From the IMG/VR virus record IMGVR_UViG_3300045988_057942: a stretch of DNA of 64,000 nt, one strand, 5' to 3'. This document shows, one piece after another, positions 1-9,858 of this stretch. The notes below the pieces were generated by a model. The model was not told the origin of the DNA and made no database searches. It saw only the letters and a program-made list of their open reading frames with translations. This DNA is from a virus. Position 1 is the stretch's first letter. Every line of letters begins with the position of its first letter. Both the position numbers and the translations under genes were made by a program.

Positions 1-257
1 AACTTGCTGAAACACTTCTTAAATATATTAAAGGACAACTTAATATTATTTATGAAGGTAGTGAACAAGTTCAGTATAGTGGTTCTATTACTCTTCCTGT
101 TGATGAAGAAGGAAAAATTCATGCTATAGTTAGTTGTGGAGATGCTCCTAAGTTTTATGTTGACCCTGAAACTGGTAAACTTTGGGAACAAAGAGAAGAA
201 GGTAAAGAATATAATGAAACTTATAGTCTTAGTAATGTTGATTATAATAATGAATAA
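1..257 (+). CDS. 3' end of an upstream gene (partial); hypothetical virion protein
   Basis: Open frame from the window edge to TAA at 255-257, with codon usage typical of the phage. The start lies outside the window. Confidence 0.4.
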   Translation, partial: LAETLLKYIKGQLNIIYEGSEQVQYSGSITLPVDEEGKIHAIVSCGDAPKFYVDPETGKLWEQREEGKEYNETYSLSNVDYNNE

Positions 258-269
258 CATGAATGTATT

Positions 270-294
270 CCATCCTCTACGGGGAGTCTACACT
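270..294 (+). repeat. GC-element copy (forward; CCATCCTCTACGGGGAGTCTACAC), intergenic
   Basis: Core consensus CCATCCTCYACGGGGRGT in about 28% GC DNA. Confidence 0.7.
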
Positions 295-320
295 AAGAAT
301 TTAGTAAACTTAAAGAATAT

Positions 321-2939
321 ATGGAAACAATAGAAAAAGAACTTGGTAAAGTTAGTCTTACTTGTAATGGTCAATGGAGTCCTGATAGACCTTACGATAG
401 ACTATGTATAGTTCATGATGGTTTCTATGCTAGCTATATTTCTCGTAAAGCTACTCCTGCTGGTATTCCATTACCTAATGAAGAATATTGGCAACCTATT
501 GCTAAACTTCGAGAAGATTTAGTTATTGATTATGAAACCTTTAAGAAAGAAATACTTGAACTTATTGCTGTTGTTCAAAGAGGGCTTAAAGCTGCTAGAA
601 TTGTAGTATCTACAATGGAAGATAGAGATGCTCTTACTTGGGAACAAATTGGAGTAGGTTGTGAAGTTTATGTTATTGAAACTAAAAAGAGTTATATACT
701 TGATGAAATAACTCCTGTTAATAATGCTAAGAAATGGCATCTTGAGGCTGATTCTGAAATTGGTTCTAAATTTGTAGAATCTTTTAGTGGTATGTTTCCA
801 AGAGCAATTGCAGAACGTGCTGTTGCTGATGAATTTGGTATTAATATACAAGATAATTATCTTCGTCGTAACGTAGTAGTTAATTATATGGCACAAGTAC
901 TTAAACAGTATTTTGAAGATAATGCTGTTCAAATACTTGAAGGTCAGATTACTCCTGATATGCTTAGTGAATCTGTTAAACAAATGTTTACTGCTTCTCA
1001 GATTACTAACGCTGCTGATGAAGAAGATTTAACTGTTGTTGATAATCTACTTAAATTTGCAGATAAAGACTATAATGTAAATGATTATAGTGGAAAGGCT
1101 CGTAAATATCTTCGTAAAAATATGATTAGTGGTGTTAATACTCTTACTCAAGATATGATTAACGAGCCTAATACTATTTATATACTTCAATATGATTATT
1201 GTTTAGCTGGACAAACTATTGAACTTCCAGATGATAGTATAATTCTTTGGAGAGGTGGTAGATTATATGATGGAGCTGTTAAACTAAATAAATGTAGACT
1301 TCTTAGTAATTATCGTCAGGAAGATATGTTTGATAAAGAAACTATATCTTTAGATGGTGATTGGGCTAAAGGTCAAATACTTTATCATCCTCTTGATTTA
1401 GGCGAAGATAATAAACAAGTTGAAATTACAGGTTGGGGTGGTTCTTATACCAATGATTTTTATTGGTTTTGGGATGGAGAAAAATGGGTAAGTATGGGTT
1501 TTGATTTATCTGTTTATCTTACTCGTGCTGAATTTGAAGCTTTCTTAGAGAAGTTAAGAGAAGAAATGGAAAAGTTCTATGCTTGGCTTCTTGAAGAACT
1601 TAGAAAGATTAATGAACATCTTGAACTTCATGACCAACAGATAAGTAATCTTCAACAAGAAGTTTCTAATATTAATACTAGAATAGATAATCTTATTACT
1701 GAATATAACGCTAAATTTACTGATATTTATAATAAGATTGGAGATTTAAATAGTAGTGTAGAAGGTAGTATTAATAATCTAGAACAATATATTAATAATA
1801 AGATTGAAGAGATTCTTAATAAGATAGACCAAAGTGGTGGTAACATAAGTAATGAGTATAAACAATATTTTGAAGATAATTATGTTTCTATGTTTAAGAA
1901 CATGATTAAAGCTGGTACTAATATTACTTTTGTTGAAAACTCTGATGGTACTATTACTATTAATGCTACAGGTGGTGGTTCTGGCGGCGGTGGATTAACC
2001 GAACAAGAAGTAAGAGATATTGTTAATTCTATGCTTAATAATTATTATACTAAGTCTGAAATTAATGATATTATTGCTGGTATTGAAGGCGGTGGAGGAA
2101 GTGGTGGAGATGGCACTCATAATGTTATGTCTACTACTCAACTCGGTGAAGCTAGAACAGGTAAATATCTTACTATGAGTAAGTTTGCTGATAGTGAAAC
2201 TAAACCTAGCAGACTTGATGTTGATTTTAATACTCTTTATACAGATATTAAAAATAAATTAGTAAATGATGGATTTGGCTCAGGCGGTAGTGGAGGAGGA
2301 ACAACAGGTGGAGTAACTGCTACTCAAGTACAAACTTGGATTGCTGCTGTTATGCCTATTGGTTCTATTATGCTTTGGGATACTACTACACCTCCAACAG
2401 GTTGGGAAATATATACTGCTGCTCAAGGACGATTTGTTATGGGTCATATAAGTGGTGGTATTAATATTTATAATAATCCTAAACAAAATACTCTTGATTG
2501 GAGTACTGTTCTTAAAAATGTAGGTGATACTTATGACCCTGCTACTCCTGGTTTAAATATTGGAGCTTACGGTTTTTATATTGGTGGTACTGATTTACCA
2601 TTACATCAACATGCAATTGCCGCTAGTTCTGGTAAATGCGGTGATGGTAATCATCATGTTGTAGTTCCTAGTAACTGGCGAGCAAATGATCATGGTAGAC
2701 CTTTGGATCAAGATTGTAGAAATACTTATCCTTATGGTACTACTAAAACTAATTATTGGGATTTAAATATTAATAAAAATACCAATTGGTATATGACTGG
2801 ACCTAATATTAGTAGAAATGGTGAAATGGTGTGGACACAAATTAGTACAGATAATTGGACAGGAGATTATCTTGCTATTAATAAACTATTACCTACTATT
2901 GCTTTACATTATATTAAACGTGTTTCTAATCCGTGGTAA
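321..2939 (+). CDS. tail fibre protein with C-terminal phage tail-collar domain
   Basis: 872 aa. N-terminal segment paralogous to ORF 9859 (beta-helix/pectate-lyase-like motif NTIYILQYDY..GQTIELP). Central coiled coil and Gly-rich linkers. C-terminus IGSIMLWDTTTPPTGWEI..GRFVMG..LPLHQH matches the phage tail-collar fibre motif (P.GW...GRF). Confidence 0.6.
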   Translation: METIEKELGKVSLTCNGQWSPDRPYDRLCIVHDGFYASYISRKATPAGIPLPNEEYWQPIAKLREDLVIDYETFKKEILELIAVVQRGLKAARIVVSTMEDRDALTWEQIGVGCEVYVIETKKSYILDEITPVNNAKKWHLEADSEIGSKFVESFSGMFPRAIAERAVADEFGINIQDNYLRRNVVVNYMAQVLKQYFEDNAVQILEGQITPDMLSESVKQMFTASQITNAADEEDLTVVDNLLKFADKDYNVNDYSGKARKYLRKNMISGVNTLTQDMINEPNTIYILQYDYCLAGQTIELPDDSIILWRGGRLYDGAVKLNKCRLLSNYRQEDMFDKETISLDGDWAKGQILYHPLDLGEDNKQVEITGWGGSYTNDFYWFWDGEKWVSMGFDLSVYLTRAEFEAFLEKLREEMEKFYAWLLEELRKINEHLELHDQQISNLQQEVSNINTRIDNLITEYNAKFTDIYNKIGDLNSSVEGSINNLEQYINNKIEEILNKIDQSGGNISNEYKQYFEDNYVSMFKNMIKAGTNITFVENSDGTITINATGGGSGGGGLTEQEVRDIVNSMLNNYYTKSEINDIIAGIEGGGGSGGDGTHNVMSTTQLGEARTGKYLTMSKFADSETKPSRLDVDFNTLYTDIKNKLVNDGFGSGGSGGGTTGGVTATQVQTWIAAVMPIGSIMLWDTTTPPTGWEIYTAAQGRFVMGHISGGINIYNNPKQNTLDWSTVLKNVGDTYDPATPGLNIGAYGFYIGGTDLPLHQHAIAASSGKCGDGNHHVVVPSNWRANDHGRPLDQDCRNTYPYGTTKTNYWDLNINKNTNWYMTGPNISRNGEMVWTQISTDNWTGDYLAINKLLPTIALHYIKRVSNPW

Positions 2940-5035
2940 TTATGGCTGAAGAAGAAAATGTTTTTGTTGGTACTAATTGTCAATCTTTTGACCCTAGTAA
3001 AGTTCAATGTGATAAAGAGGGCAATATGCCAATTCATATACTAGATAAGTATTGTGAAGAAAATGATACTAGATATAATATATATCCTTTGACTGTTATT
3101 CAAGCTATTTTTGATGGTGTAACTGGAACAAGATTAGATAGAATACTTGCCGCTTGTAATAGTATTTATTTAACTTGGGAAGGTACTTTTGCCGATACTG
3201 TTAATAAACTTGATAAAATTTATCGTCGTAAAGGATATATTATAACATATCGTGATGAAACTAATGTTAATTGGACTCAACGATATAATAGTGATGATAT
3301 TAGTGATGAAGCTTGGACTAATCCTGACAATTGGGAAGGATGGTCTTTTGATACTGTTATTAAAGATTTGTCTGAAGCTCTTGAAGAAATATTTATTAAT
3401 ATAGGTGATTATAAAGATTTTCTTGATGTTATTACTAGTTTTATTAACGAGTTTGTTATAAATGTATTTAACAATCTTAATAATTATCCTGAACTAGTTA
3501 ATATTATTAAGAATAGTACAGTTGAAAGTTTACCTATTATTGTTAAAGACATATTCAATAATATTAATGATTATCCTGAACTTAAGAATATATTTAATGA
3601 ATATGTTAAACAATGGACTGAAACTATCTTTAATAATATTTCTTCTTATCCTGCTCTTAGTCAATTTATTACTAATGCTATTAATTCTCATGTAGAAACT
3701 ACTATTAATAATATATTTAACAATATTAATAATTATCCTAACATTAAGAATCTTATTATTAATAATACTATTAACAAAGTAGTTGATATATTTAAGAATA
3801 TAGGTCAATATCCAGAATTACAAGAAACTATTCAGAATAATGTTAATGAACGAGTAGATTATATATTTAATAATATTAATAATTATCCTGAACTTATTGG
3901 TATCCTTTCTGATTTAGTTTGTAATTGTGTTCAGAATATATTTGCTAATATTAATAATTATCCTTCTCTTGTTACATGTATTAATAATGCTGTAAACAGT
4001 AGAACTGAATATATATTTAATAATATTGATAGATTTCCTATTCTTAAGAATCTTATTGAAACTAAAGTAGAATCTAGAGTTACTTATATATTTGAAAATA
4101 TTAATAGTTTTACTGAATTACTTAATGTTATTAAAGGTAATATAGAAGATATATTTGATAATATTGATGACCATACTAATCTTAAACTTGTAATTGAAAA
4201 TAAAGTTGAATCTACAGTTGAAAAGATTCTAACAAATATAGATGATTATCCTATCATTAAGGAAAAGATAACACAGTTTTGTAATGAAGCTATTGAAGCA
4301 AAAAGAGGTGTTGCTAATGGTATAGCTAGTCTTGATGGAGATGGTAAAGTTCCAGCAAGTCAATTACCAAGTTATGTTGATGATGTTCTTGAAGGATATT
4401 ATGTTGATGAAACTCATTTTGCTGAAAAGTATATAGAAGATGCTCCTGTATATTATACTCCTGAAAAAGGTAAGATTTATGTTGATATAAGTACAGATAC
4501 TGATTATAGTGGTAAGACTTATCGTTGGTCTGGAACTAAATATTCAGTTATATCTGAAACTTTAGCTTTAGGTGAAGTTACAGGTACTGCTTATGATGGT
4601 GGTAAAGGTAAGAAAACTACTGCGATAGTTAATAGTTTACCAAATACTGTTGTAGATACTTTAGAATTTGGTAAAGCATATACCGATTATGTACAATTAA
4701 AATACCATTATTATCGTAAAGAATTTGTAACTGGTCAAGATGACCATTATACGGCACAACCTCATGGTCATGTAGATATACCTATTGCTACTACTCAATT
4801 AGCAGGTGTTATGTCTGCTGCTGATAAAGTTAAACTTGATGAAACTTTACCTAATCAAATTACTGAACTTAGTAATAATGTTTATACTAAAGAAGAAATT
4901 AATAATAAGTTTGATAATGTACCAACAGTAGAAAATACTTATACTAAAGCGGAAGTTGATAAAGCTATTTCTGATGCTATTAAAGCTTTAATTCCTGCTG
5001 GTTATGAACTTGTTATTAAAAAGAAAACAACTTAA
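2933..5035 (+). CDS. tail fibre protein with internal 27-aa tandem repeats
   Basis: 700 aa. About 10 tandem ~27-aa repeats (IFNNINNYPELxN...). C-terminal GIASLDGDGKVPASQLPSYV is the widespread phage tail-fibre motif (LD..GK.P.SQLP). Confidence 0.55.
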   Translation: MVIMAEEENVFVGTNCQSFDPSKVQCDKEGNMPIHILDKYCEENDTRYNIYPLTVIQAIFDGVTGTRLDRILAACNSIYLTWEGTFADTVNKLDKIYRRKGYIITYRDETNVNWTQRYNSDDISDEAWTNPDNWEGWSFDTVIKDLSEALEEIFINIGDYKDFLDVITSFINEFVINVFNNLNNYPELVNIIKNSTVESLPIIVKDIFNNINDYPELKNIFNEYVKQWTETIFNNISSYPALSQFITNAINSHVETTINNIFNNINNYPNIKNLIINNTINKVVDIFKNIGQYPELQETIQNNVNERVDYIFNNINNYPELIGILSDLVCNCVQNIFANINNYPSLVTCINNAVNSRTEYIFNNIDRFPILKNLIETKVESRVTYIFENINSFTELLNVIKGNIEDIFDNIDDHTNLKLVIENKVESTVEKILTNIDDYPIIKEKITQFCNEAIEAKRGVANGIASLDGDGKVPASQLPSYVDDVLEGYYVDETHFAEKYIEDAPVYYTPEKGKIYVDISTDTDYSGKTYRWSGTKYSVISETLALGEVTGTAYDGGKGKKTTAIVNSLPNTVVDTLEFGKAYTDYVQLKYHYYRKEFVTGQDDHYTAQPHGHVDIPIATTQLAGVMSAADKVKLDETLPNQITELSNNVYTKEEINNKFDNVPTVENTYTKAEVDKAISDAIKALIPAGYELVIKKKTT
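3460..4270 (+). repeat. coding tandem repeat, ~81-bp unit x ~10 (27-aa NNINNYPEL repeats)
   Basis: Seen directly in the translation of ORF 2933-5035. Confidence 0.6.
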
Positions 5036-5042
5036 TATTAAT

Positions 5043-5080
5043 TATGGTGGTACTGAATAAGTACCACCATTTAAAGTTTA
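5043..5080 (+). terminator. terminator-like hairpin after the tail fibre gene
   Basis: ATGGTGGTACT-GAATA-AGTACCACCAT perfect 11-bp stem followed by TTTAAAGTTT. Confidence 0.45.
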
Positions 5081-5087
5081 TAAAGTT

Positions 5088-5885
5088 ATGCAAGATATTA
5101 ATCAACAATTATATGAAAGAAAAGATACTCCTGAAGGATTTATTCCTGTTTATGGTGTAGTTATAACTGTTCCTACTGGAATATATACTAGTGAGCAAAA
5201 AGAATTTACTTGTGATAAAACTTTTGATGAAGTAAAAGAAATACTATTAAAAGGCGGAAGTATTATTGCTGTTGATAACAATAATAGTAGAATTAATTTT
5301 GATAGAATTGTTATAGGCAGTAACGATATTAGTGCTACAATTACTTATTTTTCTAATGGTGGAATTAATAAAATCGATTTAAGTTGGGATAAAGGTATAG
5401 CTAGAGTTGGTGGTGAAGAAACAAAAAGTATTAATACTTTTGTAGCTATAAATAGTAATTCAATTATTAAATCTTATGATATTGGAAGTATTACTATATT
5501 ATTAACAAATAGTGGTAGTAAAGAAGAAGTATTAGCTGCTATTAATTCTATTTTTACTAATTTTGCTGGATTTGTTACAGCTATTGGTAAACCTAATTCT
5601 GTATTTCATAATGGTAAGTATGGTACATTTAATGTTAGATATACAGATAATATTATAATTATTCAATGGAGTAATGCTAATGCAATTCATCATGTTGCTT
5701 TATCAGAGGATGGTTCTTATGTTTATAATACTATTCAAATAGTTGACCAAACTCTTTATAGATTATCTGCTCTTACTATTGAGCCAATAGTTAATCCTAA
5801 AATATGGGTTGGTACTGCTACTCAATATGCAGCTATTGCACAAAAAGATAACAATACTACTTATATAGTTAAATCAGACGCTTAA
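5088..5885 (+). CDS. tail fibre-like protein
   Basis: 265 aa. C-terminal WVGTATQYAAIAQKDNNTTYIV is the conserved GT(A)TQY..I...D.NT.Y.V tail-fibre C-terminal motif, also present at the end of ORF 9859-11544. Preceded by a terminator-like hairpin at 5043-5080. Confidence 0.4.
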   Translation: MQDINQQLYERKDTPEGFIPVYGVVITVPTGIYTSEQKEFTCDKTFDEVKEILLKGGSIIAVDNNNSRINFDRIVIGSNDISATITYFSNGGINKIDLSWDKGIARVGGEETKSINTFVAINSNSIIKSYDIGSITILLTNSGSKEEVLAAINSIFTNFAGFVTAIGKPNSVFHNGKYGTFNVRYTDNIIIIQWSNANAIHHVALSEDGSYVYNTIQIVDQTLYRLSALTIEPIVNPKIWVGTATQYAAIAQKDNNTTYIVKSDA

Positions 5886-5888
5886 GTT

Positions 5889-8800
5889 ATGGCTATATAT
5901 CAAGGAGATATTGGAATACATGATATTAAACTTGGTAGTATAGATGTATTTGAAATATATCAAGGTTCTAAACTTGTTTATCCTGAGAATACTGAAGTTA
6001 CTGTTACGTTTAAATTGAATGTTTCCGGAACTGTTACTATTAATGGTTATACTCCTGTTATAAGTGAAAATAATACTAAATTTGTATTTACTATTCCTGT
6101 TAAGACTGATTATACTGCTAATATTACTGCTGAACATTATAAATCTCAAACTATTAGTGGTAACAGTGGTTATTTACCTATAACTCATAATGTAGAATTA
6201 GAATGGGAACAAGAATTTATATCTTATACTGTTACTTTTCCTACTGATGGAGTTAAAGTTTTATTTGATGGAATAGAAAAAGGAGTTATAACTAATGGTA
6301 AGTTAGTTGTATTAATTGATGATATAGAAGCTAAAGATAGTTATACTGTTACATTTGAAGGTAGTAAAGCTAGTACATATGATACTAGTGGATTAAAAGT
6401 AGTAGATAGTAGTATAGCTGCAACTGGTGGTAGTTATGATTTAAAACTTTCTACTAGTTCTGTTAAGACTGCTTATACACGAACTGACTATGCATCCTCC
6501 ACGGGGAGTATAACCAAGGGTTCTACTTATACTGGTTCTTGGATTGAAACTGTTGTTAATCTTACTGCTAGTTTTACTAGTTCTACTACTTTAGGTTCTA
6601 TAAGTAATAATGTACTAACTATTGCTAATAATGAATCTACTAATACTAAAAGTGGAACTTTAACTGTTATATTTACTTTAGAAAATAAACAAACTAAAGA
6701 AGTTAGTGCTGCTTTAAATCAAGCTGCTGGAGCTAAAGTTTATACTAATTGGGTATTAGATTTACAAACTGATGGAACTAGTGTTGAAGCTAAAGGTGGT
6801 ACTAGAACAGTTACAGCTAATATTGCTCGTAGAACTTATAAATGGAATAATACTGGTACTGTTTATAGTGAAACTGCTACTCCTACTCTTAGTATTAGTG
6901 GTAGTGCTAGTCTTAGTGGAAATCAAATAAAATTTACATCAAACGAGAGCGTTTCAGCCCGTTCTGCGGTACTTACTGCTAGTTATGTAGGATTATCCAA
7001 AACGATTACGATAACTCAATCAGCAGGCTCAAAAGTGTATTCAGCGTGGTCTGCATGGGCTGTTTCTATCTCGGCAAGTACGCAAACGATAGGCGCAAGT
7101 GGAGGAACATCAACAATAACTACTAGTGCTAGTCGTTCTAGAACTTGGACTTGGAATGGAGTTGGAACTACTCATACTGATACTGAAACAGGTACACCTA
7201 CACTTAGTGGTAGTGCTGGTGGATTTACTTTAAGTGGTAAAACTGTTACTGCTAGTAACAATACTACAACAAATAGTCGTAGTATAACTATTACTGCTAC
7301 TAGCAATAATGTTTCTAAGTCTATTACTATAACACAATCTGCTGGTGCTAAAGTTTATGGTAATTGGTCTGCTTGGACTGTTAATATTAGTGCTGATAAA
7401 ACTAGTATTGGAGCAACAGGTGGAACAGCTACTATATCAACTAGTGCTAGTAGAACTAGAAGTTATACATGGAATGGTGTTGCCGGTTCTGGTGGTACAG
7501 AAACTGGAAATGGTACTCCAACGTTAAGTAAAGTTAGTGGAAGTGGTAATTGGACTAGTCCTAAAGTTACTTATGGAAATAATACTAGCACAAGTGGTAA
7601 ATCAACTGTTATTCGTGCTACTATTGATTCAACTACTAAAGATATAACTATTAGCCAATCTGCTGGAGCTAAACAATATAGTACTTGGTCTGCATGGACA
7701 GTTAATATTTCTAATAGTGGAAATATTGCTGCTAGTGGAGGTAGTTCAAATATAACTACTTCTGCAAGTAGAACAAGAACTTGGACGTGGAACGGAGTTA
7801 ATGGAAGTGGTGGAACTGAAACAGGAACTGGAACTCCTACTCTTAGTAAAATTAGTGGTGCTGGTTCATTTGCTAGTAATAAAGTAACTTATGATAATAA
7901 TACTTCTACAAGTGCTAGAAGTACAGTTATTAGAGCTACAATGGATTCTGTAACTAAAGATACTACTGTAACTCAAAATGCTGGTTCTAAAACTTATAGT
8001 AGTTGGGGAGCATGGTCTATTAGTTTAAGTGCTAATGTAACAACTATTGCTGCTGCTGGTGGAAATGCTACATTATCTACTTCTGCTACTAGAAGTCGTA
8101 CTTGGCAATGGAATGGTACAGGAACAACTTATACTGAAAATGCTAGTGGTTCTCCAACATTAAGTAAAGTTAATGGTGCTGCTTCTTTAAGTGGTTCTAC
8201 TGTTAGTTATGGTAATAATACTTCTACTAGTTCTCGTAGTTCTGTATTTAGAGCAACAATAGATAGTACTACTAAAGATATAACTATTAGTCAATCTGCT
8301 GGGGCTAGAGTATATGGAAGTTGGTCTGGTTGGACTGTAAGTTGTAGTGCTAGTAATTATAAAGTTTGGGCAGGAGGTGATTCAGTAACTATTTATAGTA
8401 GTGCTTCAAGAAATAGAACTTGGACTTGGAATGGTGTTGCAGGTTCTGGTGGCACTGAGTCTGATAATGCTACTCCTACTATTTCTGTTACAAGTGGTGT
8501 TGGAGTTTTAAGTGGTAATACTTTAACTTTTAGTAATAACACATCTCCTGATGCTAGAACAACTCGAGTTACTGCTAATTATAACGGAGTTACTGATTAT
8601 TGTGATATTATGCAATATGGTGGTAATAAAGTTGCTGGAAGTTGGACATCTTGGCAAGTAACTATATCTGCTAGTCCTATGAATATTGCTGCTGCTGGCG
8701 GTAGTTCTACTATTACTTGTAATGCTGTTCGTACTAGAAATTATACTTGGAATGGGGTGGGTACTACTTATACTGAAACTGAAAATGGTAGTCCAACTTT

Positions 8801-9773
8801 AAGTAAATCTGGAGATGGTACATTAAGTGGTACTACTAGCGGTAGTAAACTTACTTATGGTAATAGAACTACTACAACAAGTAGAAGTACAACTGTTACT
8901 GCAACTTATAATGGAGTTAGTAAATCTATTAATATTACACAATCTGCTGGTAGTAAAATTACAGGCAAAATGACATATCATACTGATATTTATGATAGAA
9001 ATTCATCTAATTATACAGATTATACTAGTTATCCTGTAACACATGATATTGGAGGTGAACCTGTTATTTCTGGAGGTGATACAATTATTACTTATTGTAG
9101 ACTTCGTAAAACACAACCATGGACTTGGAATGGTGTTAGTGGTAGTGGCGGAACAGATACTACTTATGCTAGCGCAAAAGATGTAGCTATTGTAAGTCAA
9201 TCTAACTGTACAACTATTGTTAAAGATATAGGTAGTAATAATATGATTATGTTTAGTTCTGTTGTTCCCGCTAATTTAAGTAGTAGTGCTCGTACTTGGT
9301 ATTTTAATTGGAGATGGTTAGGTTCTAATAATACTACTATCCGAAATACACAAGCCGCAAATACTTTACGTGGTAGACTTGTTATTAAAAATGATTATTT
9401 TACTAGTCAAAATATTGCATTACCTATTTATTTAGATAGTGAAAATGTAGATTCAATATATAAAGGAGAAGCAAGTTATAATGATATTAAAAAAACTCCT
9501 ATTGGTGTTTATGTATATATTCCTACTAATATTTCTATAATGAACGCTGGTAAATTGCAATTTTGGTTTGAAAATAAAGATGGTGGTGGCAGTAAATATA
9601 CTTGTACTTTAAGTAAAGTTAGTACACCTTCAAATAGTGTTTTTGTATCTAATAATAATAATATTATTACTGTTACTGCTAATACAACTACTTCTTCATT
9701 TACTATATTATGTCAATTTACTATTACTTCTAATAGTACAATATTTAATGTAAGAGTTTTAATTGAACAATGA
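5889..9773 (+). CDS. BACON-repeat protein (S/T/G-rich, ~8 tandem BACON-like domains), virion surface protein
   Basis: 1294 aa. Repeated ~100-aa units ending ...ITITQSAG(A/S)KVY..WS.W.V.IS..., each with a W.WNG core. This resembles BACON domains as in the crAssphage BACON-domain protein. Confidence 0.55.
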   Translation: MAIYQGDIGIHDIKLGSIDVFEIYQGSKLVYPENTEVTVTFKLNVSGTVTINGYTPVISENNTKFVFTIPVKTDYTANITAEHYKSQTISGNSGYLPITHNVELEWEQEFISYTVTFPTDGVKVLFDGIEKGVITNGKLVVLIDDIEAKDSYTVTFEGSKASTYDTSGLKVVDSSIAATGGSYDLKLSTSSVKTAYTRTDYASSTGSITKGSTYTGSWIETVVNLTASFTSSTTLGSISNNVLTIANNESTNTKSGTLTVIFTLENKQTKEVSAALNQAAGAKVYTNWVLDLQTDGTSVEAKGGTRTVTANIARRTYKWNNTGTVYSETATPTLSISGSASLSGNQIKFTSNESVSARSAVLTASYVGLSKTITITQSAGSKVYSAWSAWAVSISASTQTIGASGGTSTITTSASRSRTWTWNGVGTTHTDTETGTPTLSGSAGGFTLSGKTVTASNNTTTNSRSITITATSNNVSKSITITQSAGAKVYGNWSAWTVNISADKTSIGATGGTATISTSASRTRSYTWNGVAGSGGTETGNGTPTLSKVSGSGNWTSPKVTYGNNTSTSGKSTVIRATIDSTTKDITISQSAGAKQYSTWSAWTVNISNSGNIAASGGSSNITTSASRTRTWTWNGVNGSGGTETGTGTPTLSKISGAGSFASNKVTYDNNTSTSARSTVIRATMDSVTKDTTVTQNAGSKTYSSWGAWSISLSANVTTIAAAGGNATLSTSATRSRTWQWNGTGTTYTENASGSPTLSKVNGAASLSGSTVSYGNNTSTSSRSSVFRATIDSTTKDITISQSAGARVYGSWSGWTVSCSASNYKVWAGGDSVTIYSSASRNRTWTWNGVAGSGGTESDNATPTISVTSGVGVLSGNTLTFSNNTSPDARTTRVTANYNGVTDYCDIMQYGGNKVAGSWTSWQVTISASPMNIAAAGGSSTITCNAVRTRNYTWNGVGTTYTETENGSPTLSKSGDGTLSGTTSGSKLTYGNRTTTTSRSTTVTATYNGVSKSINITQSAGSKITGKMTYHTDIYDRNSSNYTDYTSYPVTHDIGGEPVISGGDTIITYCRLRKTQPWTWNGVSGSGGTDTTYASAKDVAIVSQSNCTTIVKDIGSNNMIMFSSVVPANLSSSARTWYFNWRWLGSNNTTIRNTQAANTLRGRLVIKNDYFTSQNIALPIYLDSENVDSIYKGEASYNDIKKTPIGVYVYIPTNISIMNAGKLQFWFENKDGGGSKYTCTLSKVSTPSNSVFVSNNNNIITVTANTTTSSFTILCQFTITSNSTIFNVRVLIEQ
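6492..6512 (+). repeat. GC-element copy (forward), in-frame in BACON protein (..SSTGSI..)
   Basis: GCATCCTCCACGGGGAGTATA. Confidence 0.7.
6715..8960 (+). repeat. coding tandem repeats (~300-bp BACON-like units x ~8)
   Basis: Periodicity seen in the translation. One unit (6941-7130) uses GC-richer synonymous codons. Confidence 0.55.
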
Positions 9774-9858
9774 TAAGAATACTATTTAATATAACAATAT
9801 TACTAATACTTATATTGTTTATTTACTCATTAAAGTTATTTAAATTAATCACATAATT

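Noticed and set aside
519-983. Antisense or overlapping short ORFs throughout (e.g. 519-983 -, 3530-3808 -, 7345-7527 +, 16722-17186 -, 43519-44088 -, 52599-52931 +, 60972-61502 +)
   Set aside because: They are I/N/K/F-rich low-complexity translations of AT-rich DNA, lie entirely inside longer well-supported ORFs on the other strand or frame, and carry no motifs. These are typical spurious ORFs.
6715-8960. Regularly spaced repeats as a possible CRISPR array
   Set aside because: The repeats are ~300 bp, divergent, in-frame, and encode BACON-like protein domains. They are not short identical direct repeats with unique spacers.
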